IMG/VR virus record: IMGVR_UViG_3300048903_000225
DNA from: a virus
Reading direction: 5' to 3' (one strand)
Length of the DNA: 64,000 bases
Both the position numbers and the translations under genes were made by a program. The notes under the pieces are model-generated. The model ran no database searches, was not told the origin of the DNA, and was given only the letters and a program-made list of their open reading frames with translations. Shown one piece after another: positions 41,364 to 50,500 of the stretch; the first letter of the stretch is position 1; each line of letters opens with the position of its first letter.

Positions 41364-43232
41364 ATGATCGAACGCCTCACATGCTCCGCCCATTTCCCGA
41401 TCAGCCGTGCGACGGTAATCGGAGATTTTCAACCCAGAACCGGCATCACCGCCGTGGTTGGGAAGAATGGAGCTGGCAAGACGTTCAGCACGATCGAGAC
41501 AGCACGTTGGCTGCTCTATGGAAAGCCAGCCCTGCGCGGCGCGGCGCCCGACTACAAGACGGCTGAGGCCAGCGGTGTGTTCGTCATCCGCGGCGCGCGC
41601 TACGAGATCAGCCGGGGCAAGCACGAGTGGGTCAAGGACAGCACCGGCAAGACCGTGGCTGTCGGCGCCGAGAAGGTCACCGAGTATCTGACGCAGGCGA
41701 TGGGCTACGGCCTCGACGTCTTCGATCTCTGCAACGCGGCGACGCAGGGCAACGTACAGAAGCTGGGCGAGATGCGGCCGGCCGAGCGCAAGGCGATGAT
41801 CGATAAGGTGCTGCGCCTGACCGACGCCGAGCGCGCCGAGAAGGACTGCCGCGAGGAGGCGAAGGGTCACCGCCGAGAGGCAGAGACCCTGACCAAGACG
41901 CTCATCGCGCCGGGCGATGCGCCGCAGCCGCCGGCCGGCTACATCTCCTCGACCAGCCTCCGCGGCGCCTTGATGGCAATGCGCAAGATCCGTGACGAGC
42001 ATGAGGCGCTTGTCGCGCGCCGTGTCAATCTGCAGGAGCCGACACCGCCGGCCACGGATATGCCTGCCAGCGTCGACGTGGCGGCTCTGGAGCAGCACGA
42101 GCGCGATCGGGTGGCACTGGACGCCCGGCACGCCCTCGTGCGTCCCTGCGAGGCCTACACGGGCGAGGAGCTTGATGCCGCCCAGCTCCGACTGGAACAC
42201 GCGACCGAGACGCGCCGTCGCGGTCCGAAGCCGACCATGCCGATCGGTGACGTGCTGGCACAGAAGGATATCTGGGACGAGATCGCCTTCACCTCGAAGA
42301 TCAATCGTGAGCAGGTGACCTGTCCGAAATGTGCCCACGAATTTCTGACAGGCCGGCCGGTGCCGCCGACGCCTGTTACCAGTCTCGCGGAACTGGGCAG
42401 ACAGGAGAATGAGCATCGCGCTTGGGCAACCCCGTTGGCCGATCCTCCGGCCGGTCCTGACCTGACCGCCGAGCAGATCACGCTGGCGCGGGAAGCCCTG
42501 TTGGCGCCGCCTCTGCCGCCTCGTCTGGCCGATCGCAGCGAGGAGCTGGCCGTCGCGCGCCGGGCGCAGGCAGCATGGCAGGTCTATGTCGAGGCCAAGG
42601 CGTCCTACGACAAGCAGGTCGAGATCAACGCGGAGATCGATCGCGAGATCGAGGCGCTCGGCCCGGTCTCACCGCCGTCGGTCCTCGACTCACAGGCCGA
42701 TGCGCTGAACCAGGCGGTCGCCTATGAGCACGCCGTACAGACACATGACGCGGCTACGTCTGTATGGAAGGAGACGAGCGCCAAGATCGCCGAGGCCTTG
42801 CGGCTGGCCGAGGAATATACGCTCGGCGCCAAGGGCATCGCCGACGCGCGCGCCGTGATCAAGGCGCTGATCGCGCCGCGCATCAGCCGCATCGCTTCCG
42901 CCCTGCTCGCCGACATGACGATGGGAGAGCTGCGCGACGTCGTCGTGGACGAGGACATGGACATCACGATCGGCGGCCAGCGGATCGAGACCCTGTCCGG
43001 CGCCGGGAAGACCGTCGCCAATCTTGCCCTGCGTGTGGCAATGGGCCAAGCGCTGGTGGCTCACACCTTCCCAGTCTTCCTCGCAGACGAGATCGATGGT
43101 GATCTCGATGCCGAGCGCCGCGAAGCGACCCTCATGGCGATTGCCTCTCTCAAGAAGCACCTCAAGCAGATCATCCTGATCACGCACCGCGGCGCTGACA
43201 TCGCCGATCAAGTTCATGATGTTACCCGGTAG
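41364..43232 (+). CDS. sbcC: SbcC/Rad50-like ABC ATPase
   Basis: GKNGAGKT, zinc hook CPKC, LSGAGK signature, FLADEIDGDLD, LITH. Confidence 0.92.
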   Translation: MIERLTCSAHFPISRATVIGDFQPRTGITAVVGKNGAGKTFSTIETARWLLYGKPALRGAAPDYKTAEASGVFVIRGARYEISRGKHEWVKDSTGKTVAVGAEKVTEYLTQAMGYGLDVFDLCNAATQGNVQKLGEMRPAERKAMIDKVLRLTDAERAEKDCREEAKGHRREAETLTKTLIAPGDAPQPPAGYISSTSLRGALMAMRKIRDEHEALVARRVNLQEPTPPATDMPASVDVAALEQHERDRVALDARHALVRPCEAYTGEELDAAQLRLEHATETRRRGPKPTMPIGDVLAQKDIWDEIAFTSKINREQVTCPKCAHEFLTGRPVPPTPVTSLAELGRQENEHRAWATPLADPPAGPDLTAEQITLAREALLAPPLPPRLADRSEELAVARRAQAAWQVYVEAKASYDKQVEINAEIDREIEALGPVSPPSVLDSQADALNQAVAYEHAVQTHDAATSVWKETSAKIAEALRLAEEYTLGAKGIADARAVIKALIAPRISRIASALLADMTMGELRDVVVDEDMDITIGGQRIETLSGAGKTVANLALRVAMGQALVAHTFPVFLADEIDGDLDAERREATLMAIASLKKHLKQIILITHRGADIADQVHDVTR

Positions 43233-43299
43233 TTTCAGATTATCGCGTTGAGGTACGCCCATCGCGTACTAAGGGCATAAACTTCAAAGGAGAACGTCT

Positions 43300-43698
43300 G
43301 TGGCCCTAACCCCCGAGATCGAGGCGGCGGTCTTGCGCATCTATCGCGCAAACCCGAAGCGCTTTTCCCCGTTCAAGACCGCGAAGTCGGAAGGCATCTC
43401 GATCGCCGAGGTGAACTCCGTGATCGCGAAGAACCGCCACGAGCTAGCCAGCGGCGCCGAGCACAGCAACGGCGCAGGACGCCCGGACCTGCAGGAATAT
43501 ATCGTGGCCACGCGGCGCGCGATCGATAGCGGCTGGGACAATCAGGATATCGGTGTGGCCCGCGCCCGCTCGCTGTTCGCGTCCGGCACGCACACGATGG
43601 CGACCCATCGCGACGGCGCGTGGCTGCATCTGTGCCTGTTCCCCCTCGCCAAGCCGATCCCGGCTCGCCCCAATTATTTCGCCACAGGTGCCGCATGA
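43300..43698 (+). CDS. Hypothetical protein with N-terminal HTH-like segment
   Basis: AAAGGAG SD; [18 protein letters not shown]. Confidence 0.7.
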   Translation: MALTPEIEAAVLRIYRANPKRFSPFKTAKSEGISIAEVNSVIAKNRHELASGAEHSNGAGRPDLQEYIVATRRAIDSGWDNQDIGVARARSLFASGTHTMATHRDGAWLHLCLFPLAKPIPARPNYFATGAA

Positions 43699-44624
43699 GC
43701 TACGACCTGATCCTTGGACACGGCACGACGATCGTCTCTCCGGGCGACGGGACCGTGACGCCGATGGGCGGTAGCGCCGTCCTCAAGGTCGGTGTCCAGT
43801 CGCTCGTCCAGCCCTACCACGGCGAGCTGCAGTATCTCGGGCTGCTGCAGGAGCTGGTCGACAAGACCGAAGGCGCGGTGCGCGAGGACCGCACCGGAAC
43901 CGGCACGTACAGCGTGTTCGGGCGCCAGATCCGCTTCGATCTCTCGCGCGGCTTCCCGCTGCTCACCACCAAGAATGTGTGGTGGAAGGGCGTTGTCGCC
44001 GAGCTGCTGTGGATGTTGTCCGGTGACACCAACATTAAGGCCCTGACTGATCAGGGCGTTCACATTTGGGACGAGTGGGCCGAGCCGATGGCGGGAAATC
44101 TCGGCCCGGTCTACGGCAAGCAGTGGCGCTCGTGGGAAGGCTACGAGGGCCATATCGATCAAATCAGCATGGTCATCGATCGGCTTCGCGAGAAGCCCAA
44201 CGATCGCGGGCACATCGTCTCGGCGTGGAACGTAGCCGATCTCGATAAGATGGCACTCCGCCCGTGTCACTGCCTCTTCCAGTTCTATGTCGAGGATGGG
44301 AAGCTGTCATGCCAGCTCTACCAGCGAAGCGCCGATATTTTCCTTGGCGTGCCCTTCAACATCGCCAGCTACGCGCTGCTCACGCATCTGATCGCGCGGG
44401 AGCTGGACCTCGACGTGGGCGATTTCGTCCACACCTTCGGGGACTTGCACTTGTACTCGAACCATGTCGAGCAGGCGAAGGAGCAGCTGACGCGCACTCC
44501 GCGTCCGTTCCCGACGCTGGACATCGACACCGAAGCTCCCAGCATCTTCGAGATCACGGCTGATCAGATCGCGATCACCGGCTACGATCCCCATCCTGCG
44601 ATCAAGGCGGAGGTTTCTGTATGA
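43695..44624 (+). CDS. thyA: Thymidylate synthase
   Basis: [50 protein letters not shown]; ~40-aa N-terminal extension. Confidence 0.97.
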   Translation: MSYDLILGHGTTIVSPGDGTVTPMGGSAVLKVGVQSLVQPYHGELQYLGLLQELVDKTEGAVREDRTGTGTYSVFGRQIRFDLSRGFPLLTTKNVWWKGVVAELLWMLSGDTNIKALTDQGVHIWDEWAEPMAGNLGPVYGKQWRSWEGYEGHIDQISMVIDRLREKPNDRGHIVSAWNVADLDKMALRPCHCLFQFYVEDGKLSCQLYQRSADIFLGVPFNIASYALLTHLIARELDLDVGDFVHTFGDLHLYSNHVEQAKEQLTRTPRPFPTLDIDTEAPSIFEITADQIAITGYDPHPAIKAEVSV

Positions 44625-45298
44625 GCGACCACACCCACTTCCATCTCGGCGCCGAGGCGGCGCCTGAGTTCGATCCGATCGCGGCGCTCGCCGCCGAGGG
44701 GATCGCTGCGCCGGAGCCGGTTCAGCTGCCAGCCGCGCCGTCCTACTCCATCAACACGATGGAGGATTTCTTCATGTGGCTGTCCGATCAGCCGCCCGAG
44801 GGCGGCAAGCTGCCGGTCGAGCAGGTGAACCCAGACATTCTTCCGACGATCCTGTTCGGCGAGGGCAATCTCACGCCGGTCTCGGCCGATGATGCTGCGG
44901 AGATTCTTGGCAGCGGTTCGCTTGCCGCCGGCATCAACCCCAAGGACGCGCTCGGCATGAAGAAGCCGGACTTGTCGGTCGTGCCCCCGGCCGCCGAGCT
45001 GCATCTGGCTTCTGCGATGATGGACGGCGCGCGCAAGTACGGCGCCTTCAACTGGCGCGACAACGCCGTGCTCGCTCGCGTCTATATTGCCGCCGCACGC
45101 CGGCACCTGCTCCAGTTCCTCGACGGCGAGAACATTGACCCGACGTCCGGCGTCCACCACCTCGGCCACGCGATGGCCTGCTGCGCGATCATTCTCGATG
45201 CGCAGGAGACTGGCAATCTGTCGGACGATCGGCCGAAGCCCGGTGCCGCCGGAGACATGATCCGGCGATGGTCCGAAGACACCAAGTTCGCAGGTTAA
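44621..45298 (+). CDS. dATP/dGTP diphosphohydrolase (DUF5664-like) with N-terminal extension
   Basis: [17 protein letters not shown]...[11 protein letters not shown]...AARRHL...[12 protein letters not shown]. Confidence 0.85.
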   Translation: MSDHTHFHLGAEAAPEFDPIAALAAEGIAAPEPVQLPAAPSYSINTMEDFFMWLSDQPPEGGKLPVEQVNPDILPTILFGEGNLTPVSADDAAEILGSGSLAAGINPKDALGMKKPDLSVVPPAAELHLASAMMDGARKYGAFNWRDNAVLARVYIAAARRHLLQFLDGENIDPTSGVHHLGHAMACCAIILDAQETGNLSDDRPKPGAAGDMIRRWSEDTKFAG

Positions 45299-45300
45299 GA

Positions 45301-45324
45301 GAAAGGCCCCGGAAGGGGCCTTTC
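45301..45324. terminator. Bidirectional terminator between convergent modules
   Basis: GAAAGGCCCC-GGAA-GGGGCCTTTC. Confidence 0.8.
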
Positions 45325-48300
45325 TTATACCAGCTTCACGTCAACCCATGCCAGCTGCAACGGATCTGAAACAGCACTGATCCGAATATCGCAATTGGCA
45401 AGATACGGCGGAAGAACCGTCCGGAAGCAGACGTCACGCCACCAGAGGCCGACTCGCTTGGTGACCGACGCGATGACCGCGTTATTCGTGTTAATGATCT
45501 CGATCTTGATCTGCCGCCAGTCGAAGCTGTCGATCGTGATCGTACCGGCGTTCTCGACCGGATAGAACCGAGGCCAGACCCGCACCTCGATTTCCCGATC
45601 GCGATCGTAGGCCGCCGTGAAGTTCAACGACTGACGAACCTTGTCGGTCTGGCTGATGACCACTGCGCTCGGCATCTGGAAACCAGTGAGAGGATTCGAC
45701 GGAGGATCGATCAGCGGCGTCGAGTCGGTCTTGCTGACAACCTGCGGCGATCCTTCGGTCGTCCAGCCCGACAATCCGGTGACGAAGTTGTTGGTCGACA
45801 GCAGAGAAGCACCGGTCGCTCGCTTGCGATAATCCTGAGAGAAATACTCAGGCTTGCCAAAGCGATCAGCAGTGTAGGTTATCGTCGGCTGGCCGAGCGA
45901 GTACGCCCCACCGGCCTTGTAGACGAGGAACGACACCTTGTCGAAATCAAGGATACCCTGCAGCGCGGCACCGGTCAGGGCGAACTGACCGCCAGAACCG
46001 GTCAACGCCAGCCAGTGGCCGGGGACTTTGCCCTGCAGGCTATAGTAGGTAAGGTCGAAGGCGGTGCCGGCGGCCGTGAAGTTCACCGAAGCGGGGCCGG
46101 TGCCGCCGGTCTTCGTAAGAACACCACTGCCGCCACCGTTGCCCTGATAATACCGAGGCGAGAAGATTGCCTTGCCTCCGGCATATCCGACGAACGTGAA
46201 GGTCTGACCCGTCGTGTTCCCCTCGTTCGAGGTGTAAGTCGCCCCGACCGAAATGCCGGGGTCCGCCGCCATCGTGAATCCCTGATACAGGGTGTTCGAC
46301 GGGTAAGGCTGTGCCGTCGAGGTCTTGACGTAGACAGTCGCCGCCGGATCCGAAATTGTCAGCGTCAGAGCCGAGAGGCTCTTCTGCTGGACGTCGAGGA
46401 TACCCTCGATCAAGGCGTAATCCTGAACCGAGATGGTGCCGCCATTCTCCAGCGAGCGATACTCGTCAGTGTAGCCGGTCGTCGTATAAGTGCCGCTCGC
46501 GAGGCGATCGTATTTCGTCTGGCTGTTGTCCGACGTCGTCAGCGCGCGCTGACCGCAGGTCAGCTCGACGAAATTCTGAGCACGGGTGAACTCTCCGCTG
46601 TAGAGCAGGTCATCGACCGTAGACACGGCAACGCCGGGGCGCTTACGGAACATCTTGATCGCCTGACGCGGGCGCCCGATCGAGGCAATGAACTCGTCCA
46701 TCGGTCCGGAAATCAGTTCGTTCGTCCGGACACCGGGGTGACCCGAACCGTAGAACTCGGAATACTGGGTCGGCCCCAGATTGCGTGAAGACTGGCGAAC
46801 GTCGATGAAACCGACGTTCTTCTGCTCAGCGAGATTGCGCAGGGCGAAGCTATAGCCGGTGTTCCACGCCTCCACCCACTCGGTGGCGAGGTAGGGCTTC
46901 ATGCCCAACGAGCGAGCGGTATCCACCCAGACGGAGGCATTCTGCAGAGACTCGTCGAGGGTGTTCTTGCTCGGCTCGTTGGTCTCGGACATACCCACCA
47001 TGTGGACAATCCCGGCGTCCTGCGGAGGCTGGCCGTTGTAGGTGTAGTTCGACCGGAGCTTGAAGGTCATTGCCTCCCACCAGTCGCCCGACGTGCCGAA
47101 GTTGCGAACCGGCCAATCCGTGAACATGCCGACCTTCGAGATCCAGCACTTGCCATAAGGCGAGTAGATGCTCTCGCTATAGCTGTCACCGTTGAAGCCG
47201 ACCTTCTCCGAGTTGGCGATCGTCAGGGTCCGGGTATTGCTGCTGGAGGCAGCACCGGCCGCGGCGGTCACCAGATCGTTGTCGTTGAGATAGGTTTTCG
47301 TCGTGTCGATCGTCGCACCGGCGATGCACGCGGCACGACCGACCTGAAACTGGCCAGTCGTCAGAGTGTTGTCGGCTTGGAAGCCGAAGAAAAGAAGGAT
47401 GATAGCGGTCAGCGGAATGCCGTTGAAAGTGGCCGGCACCGAGACATTCTCGCGCGCCCAGCCTGCAGCGATCTGGCTGTCGGTGAAAGCTCGACCAGTC
47501 GTGCTCGTGAACCGGCTGTCGCCGCCGCCTGCATAGCTCGGGTGGGGTGACGAACCAGTGTTCGTCAGCACGATGTCATGAGTGGAGTCGCCATAGGAAG
47601 GAATGGCGCCCTGCGTTCCGCCGTATCGAAGGATCGTCCACATCTGCAGCGACCCGGCCGTCTGATTGACCTGGTTGGCTGCCAGAATACCGCCCATCAG
47701 CGAAATCTTGGGTGGCGTCGTGTCGTCCGGAACCACGCCGATCGCGGCGAGGTCAGACGGAAGGATCACATAACCGCCGCACGGCCGGTAGGTGCCGTTC
47801 AGAACAGCATTGAGCTGCATGACATTCGGCTCGCCGGTTGCGAGATAGAACGCCTTGTTCCCCACATTGGTCGCCGCCGAGCCGGCCTGCGCGCCGTGAG
47901 GTGCCGTGACACTCGACGTGGCCGTGAACCGACCACGGATAGCGTTGATATAGGTCGGCGTGATCATCGGCGGAAGGTAGGTGACCTTCGACGCCAGAGC
48001 GGTCGTGTTGAGGGCGATGCTCGACACTGCCGAGAGAAGGGCCAGACGAAGCTGGATGACCGAGGAGTCGGACGGGTTGTAGATCTGCTTGGTCACGTCG
48101 AGATTGTTGCCCGCCACCACGGTGCACTTTCCGACGTGCATCTTGACCGGCCCCGCCGCCAGCGCCTTGCCGATCGCAACGATCACCACGCCGGTCAGTG
48201 CCTTGCCGTTGAACGTCGCGGGGATCGGGATACCCTTGCGGGCCACGCAGATTTCGTCACCGTTAACGTAGCCACTCTCGGCAATGCCAGTCCAGCGCGG

Positions 48301-49488
48301 GTCCGTGCTACCGGCATATCCGGAGTTTGCACCGTTCGTGCCCTGAACGAACACGATATTCTCGGGGTCGTTGTTGGGGGGATACGAGATCGTCTGGGTG
48401 CCGCCCGCGCCCGAATAGCGCAGCTGAATGAAGAACCGGGTCTTGTAGACAGCCGGGTTTAGTGTCGTCGTATCGACATCGAGGTTGGTCATCCCCGAGG
48501 TGTACATCGACGCTTGGATAGAAATCGTCGGAGGCGTGGTGTCGTTCGGCGTCACGCCGATTGCCGCCAGCTGGGCCGGAGAAATGAACCAGCCGCCAAC
48601 CGGACGCAGGTTGCCTGCAGCATTGGCCGTGTCCGTCAGCTGAAGAACGTTCTTCTCACCGTACTTCGCCTTGGCGAAAGCGTTGAACACGTAAGAGGCA
48701 ACGGCCGAGCCTGTGCTGCCCTGACCGTTGGGAACGAGAGTGGTCGCATCCTTGGGATACTGCGCGGTGATCGCGTTCTTGACCGTGAGCGGATCGAACG
48801 GACCGATGTCATCGGCCTTGAGTGCGATCTGCGTGCCCAGCCCCTGAACGTAGGCGGACATCGGGATCGTCATCTGCGTCAGGCCGTCGGCGAGCAGCTC
48901 CTTCTGAGGCGTCGCCGTTCCGTTGTTGTACCAGCGAGCCAGATTGATACCGTCACCAGCGTCGGTCCAGTAGCGTCCCTGCACCGGGATAATGCTGCCG
49001 ACCGTCGCGACCGGCACTGTAGCGCCGGTAATGTTGCCGCCGGCCGCCCCGCTCTGGTAGGCATAGGTCGGGGCCGTCGAGGAAACCGACACGCCGGGGT
49101 TGTCGATGCGAACCGACGAGACCTTGCCGTCAGAACCGATGAAATAGGACGCAGCATGACCGGCCGGACCGCCAGTCACGGTGAAAGCATAGGGACCGCT
49201 GCTGGCCGTTCCGCCGGACCCAGTGCCGACCGCGGCGTTGGACAGGGCGGTGACACCCTTGGGCAGCGTGGTCGAATAGGCGAACGTGTAGGCTCCAGCG
49301 GTCAGCGCTGCGGTAAGCGCTTGGCTGGCGTAGCTCTGAGCGGTTGCAACGGCATTCGCAATCGCGAGACCAGCGACATCCTGATTGAGGAAAGAGGACA
49401 GATCGCCGGTGTTCCCCTGCGACAGCCACAGCTCGTAAGCGCTCATGCCCGCCGGGGGGTCGATCTTTACGGTGAAGTCTTGGCTCAC
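45325..49488 (-). CDS. Tail fibre / receptor-binding protein with tandem duplicated module and SGNH hydrolase domain
   Basis: SAYELWLSQGNTG; two ~270-aa repeats (LAAIGVxPxDTTPP); GDS, NFGTSG, SETNE, GHP blocks. Confidence 0.8.
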   Translation of the reverse strand: MSQDFTVKIDPPAGMSAYELWLSQGNTGDLSSFLNQDVAGLAIANAVATAQSYASQALTAALTAGAYTFAYSTTLPKGVTALSNAAVGTGSGGTASSGPYAFTVTGGPAGHAASYFIGSDGKVSSVRIDNPGVSVSSTAPTYAYQSGAAGGNITGATVPVATVGSIIPVQGRYWTDAGDGINLARWYNNGTATPQKELLADGLTQMTIPMSAYVQGLGTQIALKADDIGPFDPLTVKNAITAQYPKDATTLVPNGQGSTGSAVASYVFNAFAKAKYGEKNVLQLTDTANAAGNLRPVGGWFISPAQLAAIGVTPNDTTPPTISIQASMYTSGMTNLDVDTTTLNPAVYKTRFFIQLRYSGAGGTQTISYPPNNDPENIVFVQGTNGANSGYAGSTDPRWTGIAESGYVNGDEICVARKGIPIPATFNGKALTGVVIVAIGKALAAGPVKMHVGKCTVVAGNNLDVTKQIYNPSDSSVIQLRLALLSAVSSIALNTTALASKVTYLPPMITPTYINAIRGRFTATSSVTAPHGAQAGSAATNVGNKAFYLATGEPNVMQLNAVLNGTYRPCGGYVILPSDLAAIGVVPDDTTPPKISLMGGILAANQVNQTAGSLQMWTILRYGGTQGAIPSYGDSTHDIVLTNTGSSPHPSYAGGGDSRFTSTTGRAFTDSQIAAGWARENVSVPATFNGIPLTAIILLFFGFQADNTLTTGQFQVGRAACIAGATIDTTKTYLNDNDLVTAAAGAASSSNTRTLTIANSEKVGFNGDSYSESIYSPYGKCWISKVGMFTDWPVRNFGTSGDWWEAMTFKLRSNYTYNGQPPQDAGIVHMVGMSETNEPSKNTLDESLQNASVWVDTARSLGMKPYLATEWVEAWNTGYSFALRNLAEQKNVGFIDVRQSSRNLGPTQYSEFYGSGHPGVRTNELISGPMDEFIASIGRPRQAIKMFRKRPGVAVSTVDDLLYSGEFTRAQNFVELTCGQRALTTSDNSQTKYDRLASGTYTTTGYTDEYRSLENGGTISVQDYALIEGILDVQQKSLSALTLTISDPAATVYVKTSTAQPYPSNTLYQGFTMAADPGISVGATYTSNEGNTTGQTFTFVGYAGGKAIFSPRYYQGNGGGSGVLTKTGGTGPASVNFTAAGTAFDLTYYSLQGKVPGHWLALTGSGGQFALTGAALQGILDFDKVSFLVYKAGGAYSLGQPTITYTADRFGKPEYFSQDYRKRATGASLLSTNNFVTGLSGWTTEGSPQVVSKTDSTPLIDPPSNPLTGFQMPSAVVISQTDKVRQSLNFTAAYDRDREIEVRVWPRFYPVENAGTITIDSFDWRQIKIEIINTNNAVIASVTKRVGLWWRDVCFRTVLPPYLANCDIRISAVSDPLQLAWVDVKLV

Positions 49489-49877
49489 TGGACCACTCCG
49501 GCGCGCAGGATGAAGGGACCGTAGAGAGTCACTTCCTTGGATGTGCCATTGACGATCTGAAAATCGTAAGCAAGGACAACATCTTCATTGTTCGTGTCGG
49601 TTGACAAATTTCGGATGCTGGCCTCGGTGATGAACACCCCAATCTTGCTGATCGGAGTGCCGTCGGTGTCGTTCGAGAACGACATGAAACGAACACCGTT
49701 GATGCCAGAGGCGGTCACTGATGGAAGATCGACCAGCGCCGCGCCGGGGGCATTGGGGGCCGCTCGGACCTGCATGTGATAGGAACGGGAGCGAAGATCC
49801 AGCCCACGGAAAGTCAACGTCGCCGCAAACTCGGTGAAGCGATCGGCCTTCATTGAAAGATAGGCTGGACTTTGCAT
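49485..49877 (-). CDS. Putative baseplate/fibre attachment protein
   Basis: Beta-rich 130 aa; YDFQIVNGTSKEVTLYGPF.LRAGV pattern; directly precedes fibre. Confidence 0.55.
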   Translation of the reverse strand: MQSPAYLSMKADRFTEFAATLTFRGLDLRSRSYHMQVRAAPNAPGAALVDLPSVTASGINGVRFMSFSNDTDGTPISKIGVFITEASIRNLSTDTNNEDVVLAYDFQIVNGTSKEVTLYGPFILRAGVVQ

Positions 49878-49921
49878 TCTGCACCTATGGATGCGTGGTT
49901 CCCAAGGTCAAGGGCTTTCAA

Positions 49922-50500
49922 TTACACCGTCCAGTTGACGTTCGCAGCGGCAATCGCAGCGGCTGTGGTTGTGGCGGCGTTCACTCCTCGCTTCGCTCGC
50001 TGGGCCAGCGCCTCAATCTTGTAGGCTTTCGTGTTCGCGCTATCGGCACCTGCGCTGAACCGGGCCATCACTGTCGCGAGGGTATCGCCCGTCAGATCCA
50101 TCTCGGCAAACGCCGCGGGAAAGCGAGTGCGTTGGTCCTGCAGATTCAGCAAAGCCACTGCGGCTGAGCCGATGCTTCGGTAGTTGATGATCTCATAAGC
50201 CTTCTGGTTGTAGATCATTTTCTTGGCGCCGCCGGTCGTCAACCACATCATCTGGTTGTTTTCTCGCTGTGTGTCGATCGTCGTCAAGAGATTGGCCTTC
50301 ACGAAGGCTAGGTTATCCGACCAAGTCCCGGCAGTGAGGTTGGGAATCTCATTGTCCATGTCGCCGCGACGGACCATCTGGTAGCCGGTCTTGCCGGTCA
50401 TGTCCTCGCCGACCGTGCTTGGATCACCTCCGGTCGTGACCAGCACTTGGCGCAAGGCGCCGCTGGTGTTGTCCTTGATGATCCACCACTGATTGGCCAT
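49922..50500 (-). CDS. Tail-associated protein (DUF4376-like C-terminus)
   Basis: KAYKIEALAQRAKRGVNAATTTAAAIAAANVNW. Confidence 0.6.
   Translation of the reverse strand: MANQWWIIKDNTSGALRQVLVTTGGDPSTVGEDMTGKTGYQMVRRGDMDNEIPNLTAGTWSDNLAFVKANLLTTIDTQRENNQMMWLTTGGAKKMIYNQKAYEIINYRSIGSAAVALLNLQDQRTRFPAAFAEMDLTGDTLATVMARFSAGADSANTKAYKIEALAQRAKRGVNAATTTAAAIAAANVNWTV

Noticed and set aside
43695-44624. ThyA as a dCMP or dUMP hydroxymethylase for base modification
   Set aside because: Active site is canonical for thymidylate synthase (PCH, RSAD, and Asn in PFNIASY giving dUMP specificity).
23834-45298. Calling this a 2-aminoadenine (Z) genome
   Set aside because: No PurZ-like adenylosuccinate synthetase in the window; HD, MazG and DUF5664-like genes alone are insufficient.
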